Positions 24,199 to 40,272 of a stretch of 64,000 nt of DNA are shown piece by piece. The stretch is taken from contig NW_002060947.1 of assembly GCF_000150275.1 (NCBI RefSeq), positions 3,402,980 through 3,466,979 on the forward strand, in the 5' to 3' direction. A program made the position numbers and the translations under genes. The notes beneath the pieces were generated by a model. It searched no databases, was not told the DNA's origin, and worked only from the letters and a program-made list of their open reading frames with translations. How positions within the stretch are numbered: position 1 is the stretch's first letter; each line of letters begins with the position of its first letter. Source of the stretch: Trichoplax adhaerens. Its lineage: Eukaryota > Animalia > Placozoa.

Positions 24199-25353
24199 AT
24201 GGCTGATACCTACATTAACAATTTCACGAATAAATCACTAGAGCTATGCAATGGGAGCCTAGTTGTCTCAGATTGTCTATGGCGTATCATTTTAAGCTGT
24301 TTCATGACCCTATTTATGTTGATGAGCTGCATTGGTAATGGCGCCGTCTTACTCGTTTTACGCTACCATCATGATGATATCAAGTCGGCATCTAACTATT
24401 TTATCACTAATTTAGCCTTAACTGATTTTTTACTGGGCGTACTATGCATGCCCTGTATTTTGATTTCCTGCTTAAATGGGCAATGGGTTTTTGGTCAGAC
24501 CTTATGCAGTTTAACAGGGTTTGCTAACTCATTTTTTTGTATTAATTCCATGATTACTTTAGCCGCTGTTAGTGTGGAAAAATACTGTGCTATTGCTTCA
24601 CCATTGACATATCATCATTATATGAGCAAAAGTAAAGTCACATGTGTAATTTCAATTATATGGATCCATTCAGCTATTAATGCTAGTCTACCCTTTTTGG
24701 GCTGGGGAGAATATGTCTACCTTCCTTTCGAAACAATTTGCACAGTTGCTTGGTGGAGCTTTCCAAATTATGTTGGTTTTATAGTTGGTATTAATTTTGG
24801 ACTACCTACCGTGATCATGAGTTGTACTTATTTCCTCATACTAAAAATTGCTCGTAAACATTCAAGGCGGATAGGTGTATCTACGTCAACTGTAGCAATT
24901 TCAACTTATCTAAGCCCAACTGGTACATATAATAACCTTAGTCCAGTTAACGTAACTACAAGTGATCATCAAGAAACTCTGCCATTACCTTGTGATACTG
25001 ATTTAGGTATTCTAACTAGCAATTCTATCTCGCAACGTATCCGATTACAGTACGTTCGTGAAATGCTAACTAGCCGAAGAATACATTATAAAACACATAT
25101 TAAAGCAACATTGATGTTATTAATTGTCATCGGTAGTTTTATAGTCTGCTGGCTACCGCATCTTATTAGTATGATATATTTAACCATTTATGAAATAAGC
25201 CCGTTACCCTGTAGTTTTCATCAAATTACAACATGGCTAGCAATGGCTAACTCGGCTTTTAACCCAATCATATATGGAGCTATGGATACATCTATAAGAA
25301 AAGGTCTTAAAACCTTACTCGGATCCTGGGTAAAATATTGTAAATTATACTAA
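24199..25353 (+). CDS. Intronless rhodopsin-class (class A) orphan GPCR, GPR161/GPR101-like, 384 aa (GPCR1)
   Basis: Seven hydrophobic segments with GN (TM1), NLALTD (TM2), WVFG..C (ECL1/TM3), EKY in place of DRY, CWLP (TM6) and NPIIY (TM7); N-terminal N-glycosylation sequons. First ATG is 24199; the ORF-track start at 24160 is TTG. Confidence 0.93.
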   Translation: MADTYINNFTNKSLELCNGSLVVSDCLWRIILSCFMTLFMLMSCIGNGAVLLVLRYHHDDIKSASNYFITNLALTDFLLGVLCMPCILISCLNGQWVFGQTLCSLTGFANSFFCINSMITLAAVSVEKYCAIASPLTYHHYMSKSKVTCVISIIWIHSAINASLPFLGWGEYVYLPFETICTVAWWSFPNYVGFIVGINFGLPTVIMSCTYFLILKIARKHSRRIGVSTSTVAISTYLSPTGTYNNLSPVNVTTSDHQETLPLPCDTDLGILTSNSISQRIRLQYVREMLTSRRIHYKTHIKATLMLLIVIGSFIVCWLPHLISMIYLTIYEISPLPCSFHQITTWLAMANSAFNPIIYGAMDTSIRKGLKTLLGSWVKYCKLY

Positions 25354-28300
25354 ATTCGAATGAAATTGGTGCAGTTTTGTTGTTTATATTTATCGTATTT
25401 TTATTTCTTGCATAACAATGTACTGTATCAAGGTTAAAGTAATGATTCACAAAACTGAACCGATGTAACAGCGTCTGTAAATTAAACAATTCTATTGCCA
25501 TGATATAGTTGTAATTGATTAAGCGAAAGGAATTGAATAAAGTCGAAACTAGCAAACAACATCAGAAGTTTTAATAGATTTTTTCCTAATTTATCATTTC
25601 GAAACTTCGTAGGTAATCAAGCAATTTTGATTTTATTCAATGATGAAAAATTCTTTCAATTATTTACAAATCAATAATAGAAAACTGAATTTGACACAAC
25701 TTAATTATTATTCAACCTTTGAAAATAGTGTTTACTACTAACTACTATATAATAAAATCCGTGTACTATCTATTACAAAGAAAATATAATACTAACAATT
25801 TTAACTTTCAAAGTCAATCTGCGATTCCGTTGAAATTGACACATTTACATATTTCCTCGTTTCAAAATAATGCAATCATTCAGTAGAGTTAAAATCTTAA
25901 TAGAAAGCCTTTTTATTATGATGCCCAGGAAAAATACCTCTGGTTATGGTCTCCAAGTAAAAATAGCATAATTCTAATATCTGCTAAACTACTGTGTAAC
26001 TTTTCACGTTCCCAAATTAACCAGCATTGTTGATTAAAATTACCGGAGTGATTAGTTTCAGACTGGCTATAATATGCACATGCATTTTCCCTTAATAACT
26101 AAAATTATAGAACGCGACATGCTACTGTTTTCCATGCTATTGATAATCTATCACAAGTTCCGGATAGTTGATTCATCTACCTTCAGACCAAGCACGTTAA
26201 TTCGATTAATAATAAAAATTAACTAGTAAGGATAACGAATAATTTCAATTTAACCAAGAAACAGAGAACTCAATTTATCATGACTTCATCTTAAACATTG
26301 TAATTAAGCGATAATAACATACAACCAAAATAGATGGACATTCCCAAGCGGTGGCATACTCTTAGATATACACTACTTTATCATACCGTAAATAAAATTT
26401 TAATTTTTTCGCTTAAGAATCTCTTTCACTTAATTGAACGATGATAACATCATACTAAATAATGAAATTGTACGCTTGATAATTGATTTATGATTATATT
26501 ATTAGCATAATAAGTTATGTAACAATTATTACCAAGTCTTTTCATGGTATCTACTAATGCAGAATCCCTTATATACATATATTCTAACTTCTACAAGATT
26601 GTATATAGGATAGATTATAGTAAAAGTACAGGAGAGCTCATACATGTCGACAAAGTCCTTCGTGTTATTTGTTAGATAAAATAATTATAAAGCTATAAAA
26701 AGGTGATATAATAATGTTTCAACGGCAAATTGCAGGATAGCTGACTCATGGAGTGATTTACGTGATACAAACTTTCGTTGGCCATCTCTTTTAATCGATC
26801 ATGCAGCCTATTGTTTGGTGGCTACTTATAATTAATTTATTGATAAAAATTACTCTTTTACGACGACATACTGTGCATTAATAATTTGAACGATCAATAT
26901 CAGTTTTACCTTATATATCGGAAATTGAGATGAAATTACTATGTAAGATTACTAACATAATTAGGCTAGATATTTCTATTGACAATTATGTTTGCATCAT
27001 ATGATACTGTATTTGAAGGACACCATTGTATCATTCTAAAAAATTTAGAATAGTAAAAAGAGCAAAATATGATTCCGTAGTTATCAAATAGATGATTGTC
27101 ATGACTTGAAAAGATTTGATAAGTGATCAGGCTTACTATTATAAAGTTAACGCGGTAAAGAAAAATTTTATGATTAGTTCCATTTTAAACACGTCATGTA
27201 TTACGTTATCAATAACTCATATTGACATGAAATTATGCGGAGTTTCTTTATTGAAATAATAATCTTTATTCCTACCGTTCTAATAAATTGATGATTACGA
27301 TATTGTGAATGTATTGTATTTTAACCTCAAATCATACATTGAATTCTTCCGAACGTCCTCATACACTACTACAAAGAATTTGTTAGATAATAAAGCTAAT
27401 TAAATGTTTTGTTTATTACATTTTTAGAGTACTTTGAAACTTACAAATTTTCTTTTAGAATCGATTGCAAAATCAAATCTATATCGCATGATTACCAGGC
27501 TGCGGATACTTTATACTGAGTTATTTTTGTGTAGAAAAAATGTAGATTATTTCCTTTGCTTTTTCTTAAGTACTGAAAATTGTAAAAACCCTATATTTCT
27601 TAATGCAATAATATTGAAGTAGGGTTAAAACTATACAATCACATAACTTTGATAGTAGCTATACTAACTAATACTATAATTATGGTAGTAGTAATTCTGC
27701 ACTGATCAATAATTTTATCCACTAGCTGTATAGGTCCGTACCCCTAGGTCAGTTTAGTGATTTAGAATTGAGTAGCTATCGAAGTAATCGTCACTATGGC
27801 TCTTTTATAAAGTCAATAGATCTATAAAATATGGCAGACACTGGAAAAGGTTAAATTCTGCCTATACAGTTCGATTTTAAACGTTTCATGCTAATCGCAT
27901 GTTTGAACGACATCGATATTTCAGATAGTCTAGGCTATGCTTAAAATTATAATTTTGATACTCTAACGATTAAACGGCTTGATATAGAGTAAGATTCGTT
28001 AAATCGTATCATAATAACTTACAAATGAAAGTATAACCAAGCCCTTAATTCTGAAATCTGCACGTGCATGATTTACTATAATTACATTATAAGTCTATCG
28101 GGAATTAAACAGACTAGTTATAAAAGTAAGCATTTGAATCTGTTTTAAGCATATACACCCCCAAAAAGATACTTTGATCACGATCATCAAGACAACATTT
28201 AGAGCGAGATCAGCGTTTTAAAAGATTTCACGAATACAATATAAACCATTAATTATAATTTACTATATTTTATTGGCGTAGCATTCATTACTACTCCATT

Positions 28301-31300
28301 TGTAGGCGAATAGAATATGCCAGATTTTGAACTAGAAATCATTTTCAGGAAAGGCAATGATCTTCAAATGGACGGATTTTCTAGTAAAACATTAAAAAAA
28401 AGTCTGTAAAATACGAATCTTTTGGCAATTTACATCTTAATTAAGCATAATAATGCGAGAAAATATCGCTCACATTTTTGCTAGCAAATATTCAAATAAT
28501 AGGAAACTAATATATCTGACGTAGGAATATTTCCAAATTACAAAATTATAGTATTATTTTCGTTCATATTCACTATTAAATGAACTACGTATAGCACTTA
28601 TCGTAAGTTTTATCTTATTGTAAAGAAATGTTGGACGAGAAAAAAACTAAGCTTAAATAATCAGCAATTGAACTTCAAAACAAAATGTACAGGGGGAAAA
28701 ACACCAATTTATTATAACTTTAACAACAATCTTAGCAAAATTCTTAAAGGAGTAACAAAAAAGGGCAGGATTGCTGCCTCAGCCAACCAAAATATCAATT
28801 AATGAGCTAATACACGATTATTCTAAACTTTTCTTGCCTTCTCTATCTTCAACTGCACTAAACTATCAAACTATGCCACCTTTTATATGCTTCATAGAGC
28901 AGTTGGTAATATTAGACTATCCAACTATCATGCTAAAATACTCCAAATTAAACTAGCAATCAAACACATACAATAAAGATAAATTATACCAAAGATTCCC
29001 GAAATTACTAAATTAATATAAGTATAGTTTAGCTTGTTATTTGGGATCATTTCTTTATAAAGATTAATCGATTATATCATTTAAGGAGTAGTACCGAAAT
29101 GTGCGCAATGTAAACGTTTATTAAGTACTCGTAAAATGATGAATTACCTATAAATAGAGTATTGCTGTTAATTTTAAACTGATCTAAATAAATGCTAATG
29201 TATAATCGTACTGCTAGACTGCATCAATAAATCTTTAGATGCAAGAAGTGTTCGACTTAGATTCTAATATACCATCCTATCAGTAAATACGCGTTACTAC
29301 CTTTCAATGAAATTGCTGCTCTTGAATATGTTACATGCTCATTCCGGCGCATAAAAAATAAATAAGAATTGCACTGATTGTCAGTCCTAGCGTAAAAAAT
29401 CAAGATAATATATAAATAACTTATCAATTACTGATTATCTTCAAAGTTATAAAAGTTTCGTACAAGTGTACTTCGTATATCCTATCATACTTTGCTATAT
29501 TAAGAAAATGCTTTTCTCTATGGGCTATCATAGACGTTCTATTGAGCGGAATTAAAATTGATTTTTGTCATTTATTAATTATTCTTAATTGGCCATAATA
29601 TATTACTTTTTGATTTTAACAGCCCAGCTGTGAATAAATTTAATTATTAATCCTGATTATGAAAACTGAAAATAGGACAAAGAAAAGTATATCACGGAAA
29701 ATCGACTACTTTCCAGTTCCATCTAATAATATCATTCTGATAATTAAATCAATACATCGATTGCTTATCAAATGTTGTTACTTTTATTTCTCGACTGCAA
29801 CTAAGGTTATGCAAAATTTCTTTAGAATTGTACAGAAAAGAAGAGAAATAGTAGTAAGGTCTGCATTTTTTACCACTAGCGAAATTTGTTTCGCGAATGA
29901 TAATTATATAACTTATATAAAAATTAGCGATACCCGTAGTAACGTAGAGCCTGATTGTATGCTTCTATCAATTGTCTATATTAATTTAATTAGAGTTGAT
30001 CGTTCAATTTATATGGGATAATCCTTATATAATATACAGTTATTTTATCGTAATCAAATTGTCCTAATTGATGCTACAACAAGTAATATAGCATTATTTA
30101 AATCCAGTGCAAAATAATTGATGAACATCTCCGCTAATAAGAAAATCTCAAGTTAACTTCACAAAATTTATATTACAAACTCAAAATGACAGTTTCAATT
30201 ATTACAATGATAAATTGTTAGAACTTTCGCCAAGCCATGTCACACAGATCATGTTCTTATTGAGGCTCGTCGATATCATTATTAGAATATAAATTCAATA
30301 ACTAGTTGAACGCATTATTAATATTAGTCGATGATGACATTCTTCCAAGGGAACATTGACCAAATTAATATTTTTATTATCTATAAAATAATGATATCCA
30401 TTCTTGATTTTTTTTTACTTATATTGTTTATTATTCTATAAAAATGATCTAGTAGAATTGTTATGAATTGTTGATAGCGTTGATGACACTTCCTATGTCT
30501 AGGTATTCCAGTAAATATTAAGTATTCAATATCGTTCTTACATACACGACGGAATAGCTTTAAAAGAATGAAAACGCTATTCCAAAGCGGCAATAACATG
30601 CAACTTCGATTATACAATTTCATTCCAGTCAAATACCCGTATACGTATTCTTATTCGTTTATTACTCTATTCTATTGCGATTGGCGATGATCAGCTGCAA
30701 TTATTTAACCGATTAGCAAGCAAAGAAATGAGTAGTCATTTAAGTGATTAGCGAGCAATGAAATGAGTAGCACATATTTTTTAAATAAGACTAATTGTCA
30801 TATTAAACATTGGACTAGCCGTTCAATATTTCCGTTATTAAATTAAAAAACTACAGCTACTATCTTCTGTTGTATTATGAATAGATAGAAAGTTATTACT
30901 AAAGTAAAGCATTATTTCCTAGTGATAATAATATAATTGAAGTAATGTTGCTTTTATAATGTAACGTCTAATTAGCAAAGAATTAATGTTACCTAATCTA
31001 TAAGATTTCTGATAAAGTATGAATGTAATCTTACTAAAATAGACTATTGTACTAATTGCCTCTAAATTGTATCATTTTTAAACCAATATGAAGACTACAG
31101 AATTTGAGACAACTCAATATTCGGTTGTGAAACATAAAAAAGTACGGTTTGCATAGTTCAATTCAGCAGAGAGCTATAACGTGCTAAAACATATTGAATA
31201 CATGTATTAAAGTGCCAAAAAGTGTGCATGCATATAGTGAATGCCGTTTCATGAGATTTGATCTGACATTGCTATTCTTAGTAGCAATATTTGCTGTTAT

Positions 31301-34300
31301 GTCGTGTTCAAAGAGTATGCAAGAGACGAACCACAGACAGATTAAAAAAAAAAAATAGCCTCTAAGACCTTTCAATAGTAAGCAAGAGTAAGAAATATCA
31401 TGCCGTTGATTAGATGGCATGATTAGTGAACCGCTTTAATTTACATTATGAATCATATTGATGAATTGAATCTTGCACACTTCGTCATTAGTATTGGTTT
31501 ATAATAATTTTAAATGGTAGATTACCTTCATTTCCTACACGTTCTTGTCAAGTTATTTATGGATATTATTTATTGATAAAACTTGATGATCGGGATGAAA
31601 TCATGTAGATGAGGGGCGTGGAGATTTTACGTAATAACTGACCATGATATCGCGTAATGCTATGTTGTTACAAAGTTCGGATGCAAATAAGCCCACGGGG
31701 CAGTATCTTAATAATATTATCGTAGAACTTTCTGCAATTGTATCTAAAAATATCGGTTGGTTAAGAATATGTCATTTTTATTCGATGATTCGATAGAATC
31801 CTAAGAATATTTAATTCTCGAGTAAACTGATCAAATACTGATTGCAATAGGGTGAGTTATAATGTGTAATCGTATTTTCCTCTTACAACGTCTTGCTGTA
31901 CTTTTAATGCACTTGTAAAGTAGATAAATACAGATTTATATCATACCACTTATAGTTAACTAGCCTACGAAAATATCTAATTTAATCGATATATGCTGTA
32001 TTATACTCATACTACCCAAACGCACTTAATTTTATATACAGCGAAACTATTCCCATCGTACTGATGATATCTAATAGTATTTTATACTACAGTAAAAGTT
32101 TTATATCCAGACGGCCATAAGAATTCTATTATTTCTTATTAATAATCCGTGCAGCAGCCCAAAGTGCTAGTGAGAATTCGCACGGCCCTTAAGGCTTGAT
32201 TCGATTTTAATGCCCTACAATCCTATTCTGCTAATACTGTTTATCTTATCATGGAACATTTATCTTTTTACTAAAAATTGAAATGATAACTCAAGTTTGT
32301 AATTAGCATTTATTTAGAAATGATCATACTGGTTGTATAATACTGAAATAAATAGTTGTCGCAGTTTGCCATCTTTTGTTATGTTGTTAATGTTTACAAC
32401 ATTTACATTATCTAAGCTAGACAAACACATCTTTTACATTGTGATCTTATGGCCTCAATACTATTGGTCGTTTTAATATTAAATAAATCTACAAGAATGC
32501 TCATTGCCTGAAGGCAATTGAGTACAGACGTTACTTTTCGCGATTCTAATTAATGTTATAAAAAATAGTAATCATCGTAGATTTTTGGCCGAAATAACTA
32601 TAATGCTATTTGACACCTTGAGCTTTTTGCTTACCGTTTGACTTCATGACAATATAGCTAACTATAGTTAAAGACAAAAAGAATGAAAAATTATCCATTC
32701 CGTTATATCTGAGTCATAGTGACATATTAAATAAAGTAACTGTCGCCATTTTAGCCATCATTATAGAACCACTTTGTTACATATCGTAATACATGACATT
32801 GAAAAGACAAAAATTCATTTTAATAAATTTGTTAGACTTATTACATCTACTTTATCTACTTTTTAATCAGATTGATAACTTCTAATGTCATTGTAATTTA
32901 CTAATTTTAACTAATTCTAACAGCGTTGATCCGACATTATCTGGCCTAGTAACCATTGTTCAATCTTATAAGTGTAGCTTTAGGGGGACAGCTAATTTGA
33001 GAAAAGCACCCCATTAATTATTGTCACCGAAAATAATAGAAACTATAAACATACCCATCTAATAATTAATAGATTAGAATAATTTGCAGAAATTGCATAA
33101 CGCAGAACGACTTCATTTCATTGTTAAGAAGTTCCTAGAAACATACCGGCATATACGATTCAATAGAGTAATTAATGTTTAGCGCTCTTTAATAATATCT
33201 CTTGTCTACAGTAATTAGTCTTCACCATAATATCGATTTCTTGAATCGATACATTCTATTTTGGTTGGCTTCAATATTTTTCCTTAAGGTAATTTCTGAT
33301 ATAATTAATTATTAATTGCTACCAATTGATCGTAAATTGATTCATTTTCAGTTGTTAATTACTGATCGATTTAGACGTTTTAAATCTTTTCCAATGATAA
33401 TCTACTAAAATTGCCTATTAAGTCATTCGATTATAAATTACATCCGATTTAAAAGTACCCTATTTTAATGGTTTATAATTTTTCTTCCATTTTAGCTGTA
33501 GAACTGGTCAAGCCTAAGGTAAATATTGAAAAGGGTATAAAAATTGGGTTTTAAACGAGAAAAAAGTCACGACGCACGAGATTATTGGCTTAGTCAGAAA
33601 TTTTTGCCGTTTTATTAAAGGTGCGTAGACACGCTGACAGGGCCTATTTGTGGCATATAGTTAATGATCACTCGGCGTTGATTGATAATGATACTGCAAT
33701 ATCATTATTTTAATCACTACAGTACTTAATTATAAATCATATGCTACTTACTTAAGTGCAATCAAACCATTCCTCTAAAATAATAGCTTGATAAATATCT
33801 AATACTAATAGTAAAAATATATTATAACTTTTATAGTACAGCGATTCTTATCGCTTCTGCCTACACAGTAAAGTAAATAAAACAGTTGATCACTAACGAT
33901 TTAATGATTGCTTATGACTTGTAGCTGAGAGTTGCTAATAAGTATTTTGCGAATTCACTACTTATACACTTTGATTAGCTACAATTACGTCTTACCATCA
34001 TACTCACTTCGGCTCACTTAACAGTATTGCTTCTGATTCTATTTTAATATATAGATCTCTATAATTAAATGTAAAAATACGGTACCGTATCCTTTAATTT
34101 GGTATCAATTTATAATTTTTACGTTTTTTATCGGACAATAACATCTCCTAAGTACCATACTATGCTAGGCACACTATGCCTGTTAAATTTTCACTGTAGT
34201 TTCTGCCGTTAAAACTGATTGAATCTGTGAACTAATCATTGGCCTATCGCTAAAATTCACAAATGGAACAAAGCGTACTTTACATATAAATTATAGGCTG

Positions 34301-37300
34301 ATAAAGAGACTAGAACAGAGATATATTGAAAACAAAAATCTTCTTATTTCTATTACGAACAATGATCGTCTTAAATAATTCAACACATCCTATCTGTTTT
34401 CTTCAATCATTATTTTGTGCAAAACTGATATTTCATAAATATCCTGCCACGAAGATAGATTCATAAAGTTAGCGCAGTAAGCAAAAAGGGAACAGGGACA
34501 CCAAAGGAATAATTCAACTCAGAGATAAAGTGTTATCATATTAAGTACTATTTCAGTGTAGTATTGATCCGCACATAAGAGCCTAAGTACATACGTATAC
34601 ACTATACAGCTATTAGAATTCTGTTTACATTGGAAGAAAACTACTTATAGTAGACACTGAGAACAGTAATTTTGCCCTAGCGGAGAAGTTGCATATCATA
34701 ACTACTCCATCTTTTACATATTTTTCTTCCTTAGAAGATAAAACTTGTTTACTACATTACTGAATGTTTACCATGACATGGAGTAGCTAACATGATGCCT
34801 AGATCTTGTTCTACTCTGTTTTCGCATGAATTAGGATGTCGTTAATAGTTCATTAAAAGAACGTAATAAATAATACATTCATAATTACCTTTTAATAGCA
34901 GGAAAGAAGTGTTGAGGGTTCACTCTATATTACTGCCGAACGGATAATTTTTTTATTCTAATAAAGGTTTCTAAAGTTGTCTTATACTAATCATTAATAG
35001 TTAAAGGCGTATTTAGATTTTCGTAATGTATCTACAGACAGTATTACAATATAGATGAATAAAGACCGGCATAAAGGCGCCCATAAATGTTAAATTTAGC
35101 TTCAAATATCTAAAGAAGGCCTACGTTGCAATGTATCATTTGTAGACAGGTTTCATTTGATTTACTTACAACGTCAGTTGCACATAGTAACATGTTTACG
35201 AACATATATATGTAAACGTGTTAACATTAGATGCAATTATATTTTTACAAGTTTACTGATACTATTATATCTTCATTTCTTAATAATTGGATTGTATGCA
35301 ATCATTTTTACACGGTAAAGTACGTTAGCGATCTTGAAATTTTTACTAGAGAAATAAATGGCCTAAATCTATCACAGAGATCGAAATTTCCCTCGACCCT
35401 AGATTCTGTTTTCTCTCATATTTAATTAAGTATCGTAAAGAGTCAAGAGTAATGGAATGTATTGCAGAACTATATGACTGTCTTTTAATTACCGTCACAA
35501 GCTACCCTAATTTCTTACAATAATATTTCATATATTAATTGCAAACATAATTAACTCCAACTTTCTTTACTGTTTTTGCTATATATTTTCATGAATTTAG
35601 AAGTTTCCTCATAAATATCTATGAAGTTATAACGTAGCTTTCATGATACTATATACAAGTATGTGTCATGCCATAATTAAAATATTAGTATTGTGTTTCT
35701 TAGAAAGGCTTTTTCAACAGTAAATATTAAATAGTTCTTAACTAATTGATAAAATGCAGTATTTGAGAGCTAAATAAAGACGTCGTCTGTTTTATCATAA
35801 TCTGAAAAGGCTATTCGTGATTCATACTTCATTTTGAATCAGACGTACATTTACCTAACCTTCTGTCCGTATACTCTCACTAGCATAACTACTCAGTATT
35901 CTTTTACCGTTGAGTAAGCGAATACTAAAACAAGCACTTCATTTGAAAAGGTATGCTAAAAACCGCAATGGCACTCATCTGTTTCTCACTAAGCAATCAC
36001 ACTAAAAATTTTTAAATTAAAAATAATGCTCTTACACGTATATTATTATTGCTATTTTTAAGTCAAAATTACCATAAAATACTTCATCATAGCTCAAACA
36101 AGTTTGAATTGGACATTTTAAAGAGCCTCGATATTAAAAGTAAAATAATTTTATATCGACGTTTAATGTTCATACAAGCACGTAAAAATAAAATAATTAT
36201 AGATCAACTATTCACGCCTTTCAATACGTACCATACTGAACCAACAAAGGTTTATTGATAGTCAATTTTACAGATACTGTACATTAGGTACTAAGTATAT
36301 AGGTATATTTAATAATCATAGCAACATAACTTCAGAAAGCCGTTACAGAATGTAATTAACCTTCTGTTCTTTATATACACGTACGTACCGGTAATTTTGT
36401 TACTTCGTGAGATTGGGTCTATGGGCAAGTATATCGTATTTAGTCGCACAATTACATTCTACCGCATCCACCAGGAATAAATAGAAACATAATCTAGTTA
36501 TCTATTTCAATATTGTGAAATCTATAGTTACTATTAATGAATCTAGGAAATATTCTTTATTCCTAAATGCAGTTCAATAGATTATTTACTACATCTTTAA
36601 GTAGAATATATCTTAAAACTTTTAACCAGTGAAGGTGATATTAAATTGGACAAATCTATGTTTAGAAATTCTAATTATCATTTATAAAATAACATTAGGA
36701 CTGTATTTAATCAATAATGTAAAATATTACTTAGAATGATGCTGTGATACGACGATACTAATGGCTAGAGGATATATGCGGCATTTAATGCCAATCAATT
36801 GTAGACTCTAAATTAAATCATACCGTATGTAAATCAGTAAGTATTTGTTATTCTATTACTTAACACTTATGGAATAATCTTGCTATGCTATACAGTATAG
36901 CATATTACACGCAGAGCTATTACATTAGTCAGAAGAAATACTATGGAACCGCGACAATACGTTCTCTCAATTTCTCATATGATTTATGTAATTAAATCGA
37001 TGCGGTATTACAAAAACTAAAGATAAATCAGGAGGCAATCAAAATCAAATATAGCGGTCAATAAGACAGTACTGCATTGGCATAAAATAATGACAAGTCT
37101 GCGGCTATTGATATCATGTGTCCTATACCACAGCTGTTATTTCACATATAACAATATCCTAACATAACGGATAATATAAATAGGAGCAATCTTATTTTAT
37201 TCAATTAAATCGATTAATGGAATTAATTTGAATAAAAATCTATCCTCGAATTTTTTAAACAACGTTTCATTACATCAATTTTTTTGAGTAAAGTTTAGGT

Positions 37301-40255
37301 CTAATTTGCTATTCTAATCAGAATATAGATTTGTACATTTGATAATGTCTGCTCTGTGACAGTTTACCTCATGTCCTCTAGATTTGACGATCGAGAAGGA
37401 GAATGAAAGTCCGATGCGCCGATTAAAGAATCGTGCTGTATTGAGCCTGTATCTCTCTTAACAAGTTGGTCAATTAAATCAAGAATTATAAAAATCAGAA
37501 AGTTCTACTAAAATTGTAAGTTAGCATCATTAATAACTTTATTTTGAAATAGAGTTTTATTCAAAATATGAGAGCTTAATTTTAGCGATTTTTGTGAAGA
37601 GCTTCACAAAATCTCGGTAACTTGCCATTTACTTGGAAGATATACCTAATAGCTCTCCTAACTTTTTTATTCTATTTCCATCCAAATTTCATAAGTAAAC
37701 AATAGTAGAGGTCCTTAGTGTAGTGCAATTGTAGGGCAATTATCGAATTTGATCACCAGATTCGTATTAGGTTTCATTAATAAGGTAAAAACTATGTGCT
37801 GTATTCATATCATTACGTTACTATACTATACACCGTTAACATCTGCTACTTATGTATGTTCTCAGAAATGATACCAGCCCATATTTCATGTACAGACAAA
37901 TACATTCGAACGTTATTTATAATAAGGATCACCTTCAGCTACATGTATTGTTTATTTCAGAATTATTTTCATACTTGAAGATTTTATTGTACCGTAGAAC
38001 CTGCTAAAGGCTAGAATTATAATAAAAAATGTATTTGTTAATAGTCTACTCAATTATCAGAACCTATTTCAACTATTGCAGACTTACATTTTTAGACTAA
38101 TCAATGAGTAAATTATACGCAATAATGATTTATTCATGAGTTTTTTTATCTTCACTAATTTTTTCTGCCGTATTAAGCATTACTTAAATTTTATTGGTAC
38201 AAAGCAACAATAAGTTTACGATGATGCTATTAAATGGTTAAGTGTTAAAGTCAATTAAATAACTATTTGGAAAAGATTGTGGTGGATTCGCATACAATTC
38301 TATCTTTATAAACATTTTTTATTGACATGAATTACTAACTACCACTAATATAATCTGAATATGATGGAAGTACGTTGTTCGGGAAATTTGATTATGAGCT
38401 CCGGAATTTTGTAGTTGAACACTACACACATAAAACTTTAGATGATATACTATTTTTAATATAATAGTGTGTTGCTATATATTCATGTAAAGGAAAATAA
38501 TAATAGAAGCAATTTTTGACGACTCCTTACTATGATATCAACAGCCTTAACATATATTACAACTTTGTCTATGCGTTTGAGAATGAGGCTAGTTGATATT
38601 AGTGATTTTCCTTCGCCCATCATGTTGATACTTACCAAGCTCTTCATACCTTACATAAAACTTAAACAAATTTAGCGCAATAGGTCTGAAATTGAATTTT
38701 AAAATGTTTTTTCAGTAAAATAATGGGATAAAGAGAGAAACAGATATTTTAACTATAGTATTTACTCATACCTTAGTAGCTTTATCTGCAAGAATATCCC
38801 TATTGCAAGTCATTGATATGCTTACGAAATCTGCACCAGACCACCATGTACTTAATGACTTCACAAGTATTAATCATTACCTACAACTTAAGCCTTCTTT
38901 AGCCTTACAAACGAGTACTGTACTTTACCAATTTTTTTGTAATGCATGTAAAGATAGCCCATCGCGTAGACTATTCTTATCGGATTTATTCTATTCTATT
39001 TACTACAAATTTCTATGAGTGATGATATCACTCTACACTTTACCTTTAAAAACGCTGCAATAGGAACAAACCTGATCATCATTAATGTAAATGTTGTACA
39101 ATAGAACTTAAATTACTACAATTGTTTGCTTTCTTCTGTAACAGCGTAATTTGAAGTCGACATTAATTGTACCTGTAAGTCTAAGAAATTAATTTACAAG
39201 GTTACTTCAAGTGATGAATGATATATCTATTAATTGATTTCCTTCAGCTAGATATTGCAGATGTACAGTACAGTTCCCGCTGAGCGATTAAAATACCACT
39301 ACTAATTCTGTACTTCTGAAGGCTTAAAGAAGGATTTGATAATGCTTCCTCTTGTTATCAAGCACTAGGCAATTCTAAGAATATTGTCCCTTTATAACCT
39401 CTTCGTTTCCTGAAGAAACAGAAACATACACAAATGACAGTATAGGTTGACGAAATATTAGCGATATCAAATATTCCAATTTATTGTAAATTATAGCTGT
39501 TTGAAGTACTATTATTTATCAACACTTGCAACGTCTGTTTTCTATATTTCCGATGCTTATCCATCTGTTACCACTTTATCGCGACAAATATTTGCTTATC
39601 GTTAGCGCCTAATTGTTGAAATTGCTGTGGATTTTCATGATAATTTATGAATCATCAATTAATATATTTTCTAGAAATTTAATTTGATCCGTACTTACGT
39701 ATATCGTCTCATATTTACTTAATTAAGTTCCTTTCTCGCCAAATTATATAATATTCATTATTATTGCAGACATAAATTGAATGATCATCGGAGCGTCGCA
39801 ATTATGATCTTGTTTAATTTAGTGTTTACGAAGATCTACAAATGAACAGCTGAATTGTAGCAATGTACGCGTATAAACTTCTGCTAATACTATCTACACT
39901 GTGAAAGGGTTACAATCATAAGTAGAAGCATCTGACGGAAGTGTGTCCATATTTAAGGTCAGCTGTTGTCTAATATCGAACAATTATATCACTTTTGAAG
40001 CCATGATTGTTCTTAGAAAATTAGTAAACCGTGATATTATAGGACTATACTCGTCAGCTGATTATTCAGTAGACATAAATGTTATATAAAACAGTCTTAA
40101 ATACGACGTCGAATCTATAATTTGGTTTATATGCAGTAGAAAAGACTCTTATGGAAAGAGTGGTACGATTACTAATAGATTAAATAGAAGTAATTTTTTA
40201 GCGCTAGTAAAGTTTTTATTAGTTTACATTAATTAATTATCGTAGTTAACGAGTG

Positions 40256-40272
40256 GAGAGAGAGAGAGAGAG
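40256..40272 (+). repeat. (GA)8 microsatellite
   Basis: GAGAGAGAGAGAGAGAG read directly. Confidence 0.9.

Noticed and set aside
24199-25353. Calling the GPCRs opsins or amine receptors
   Set aside because: No Lys at 7.43 and no Asp at 3.32.
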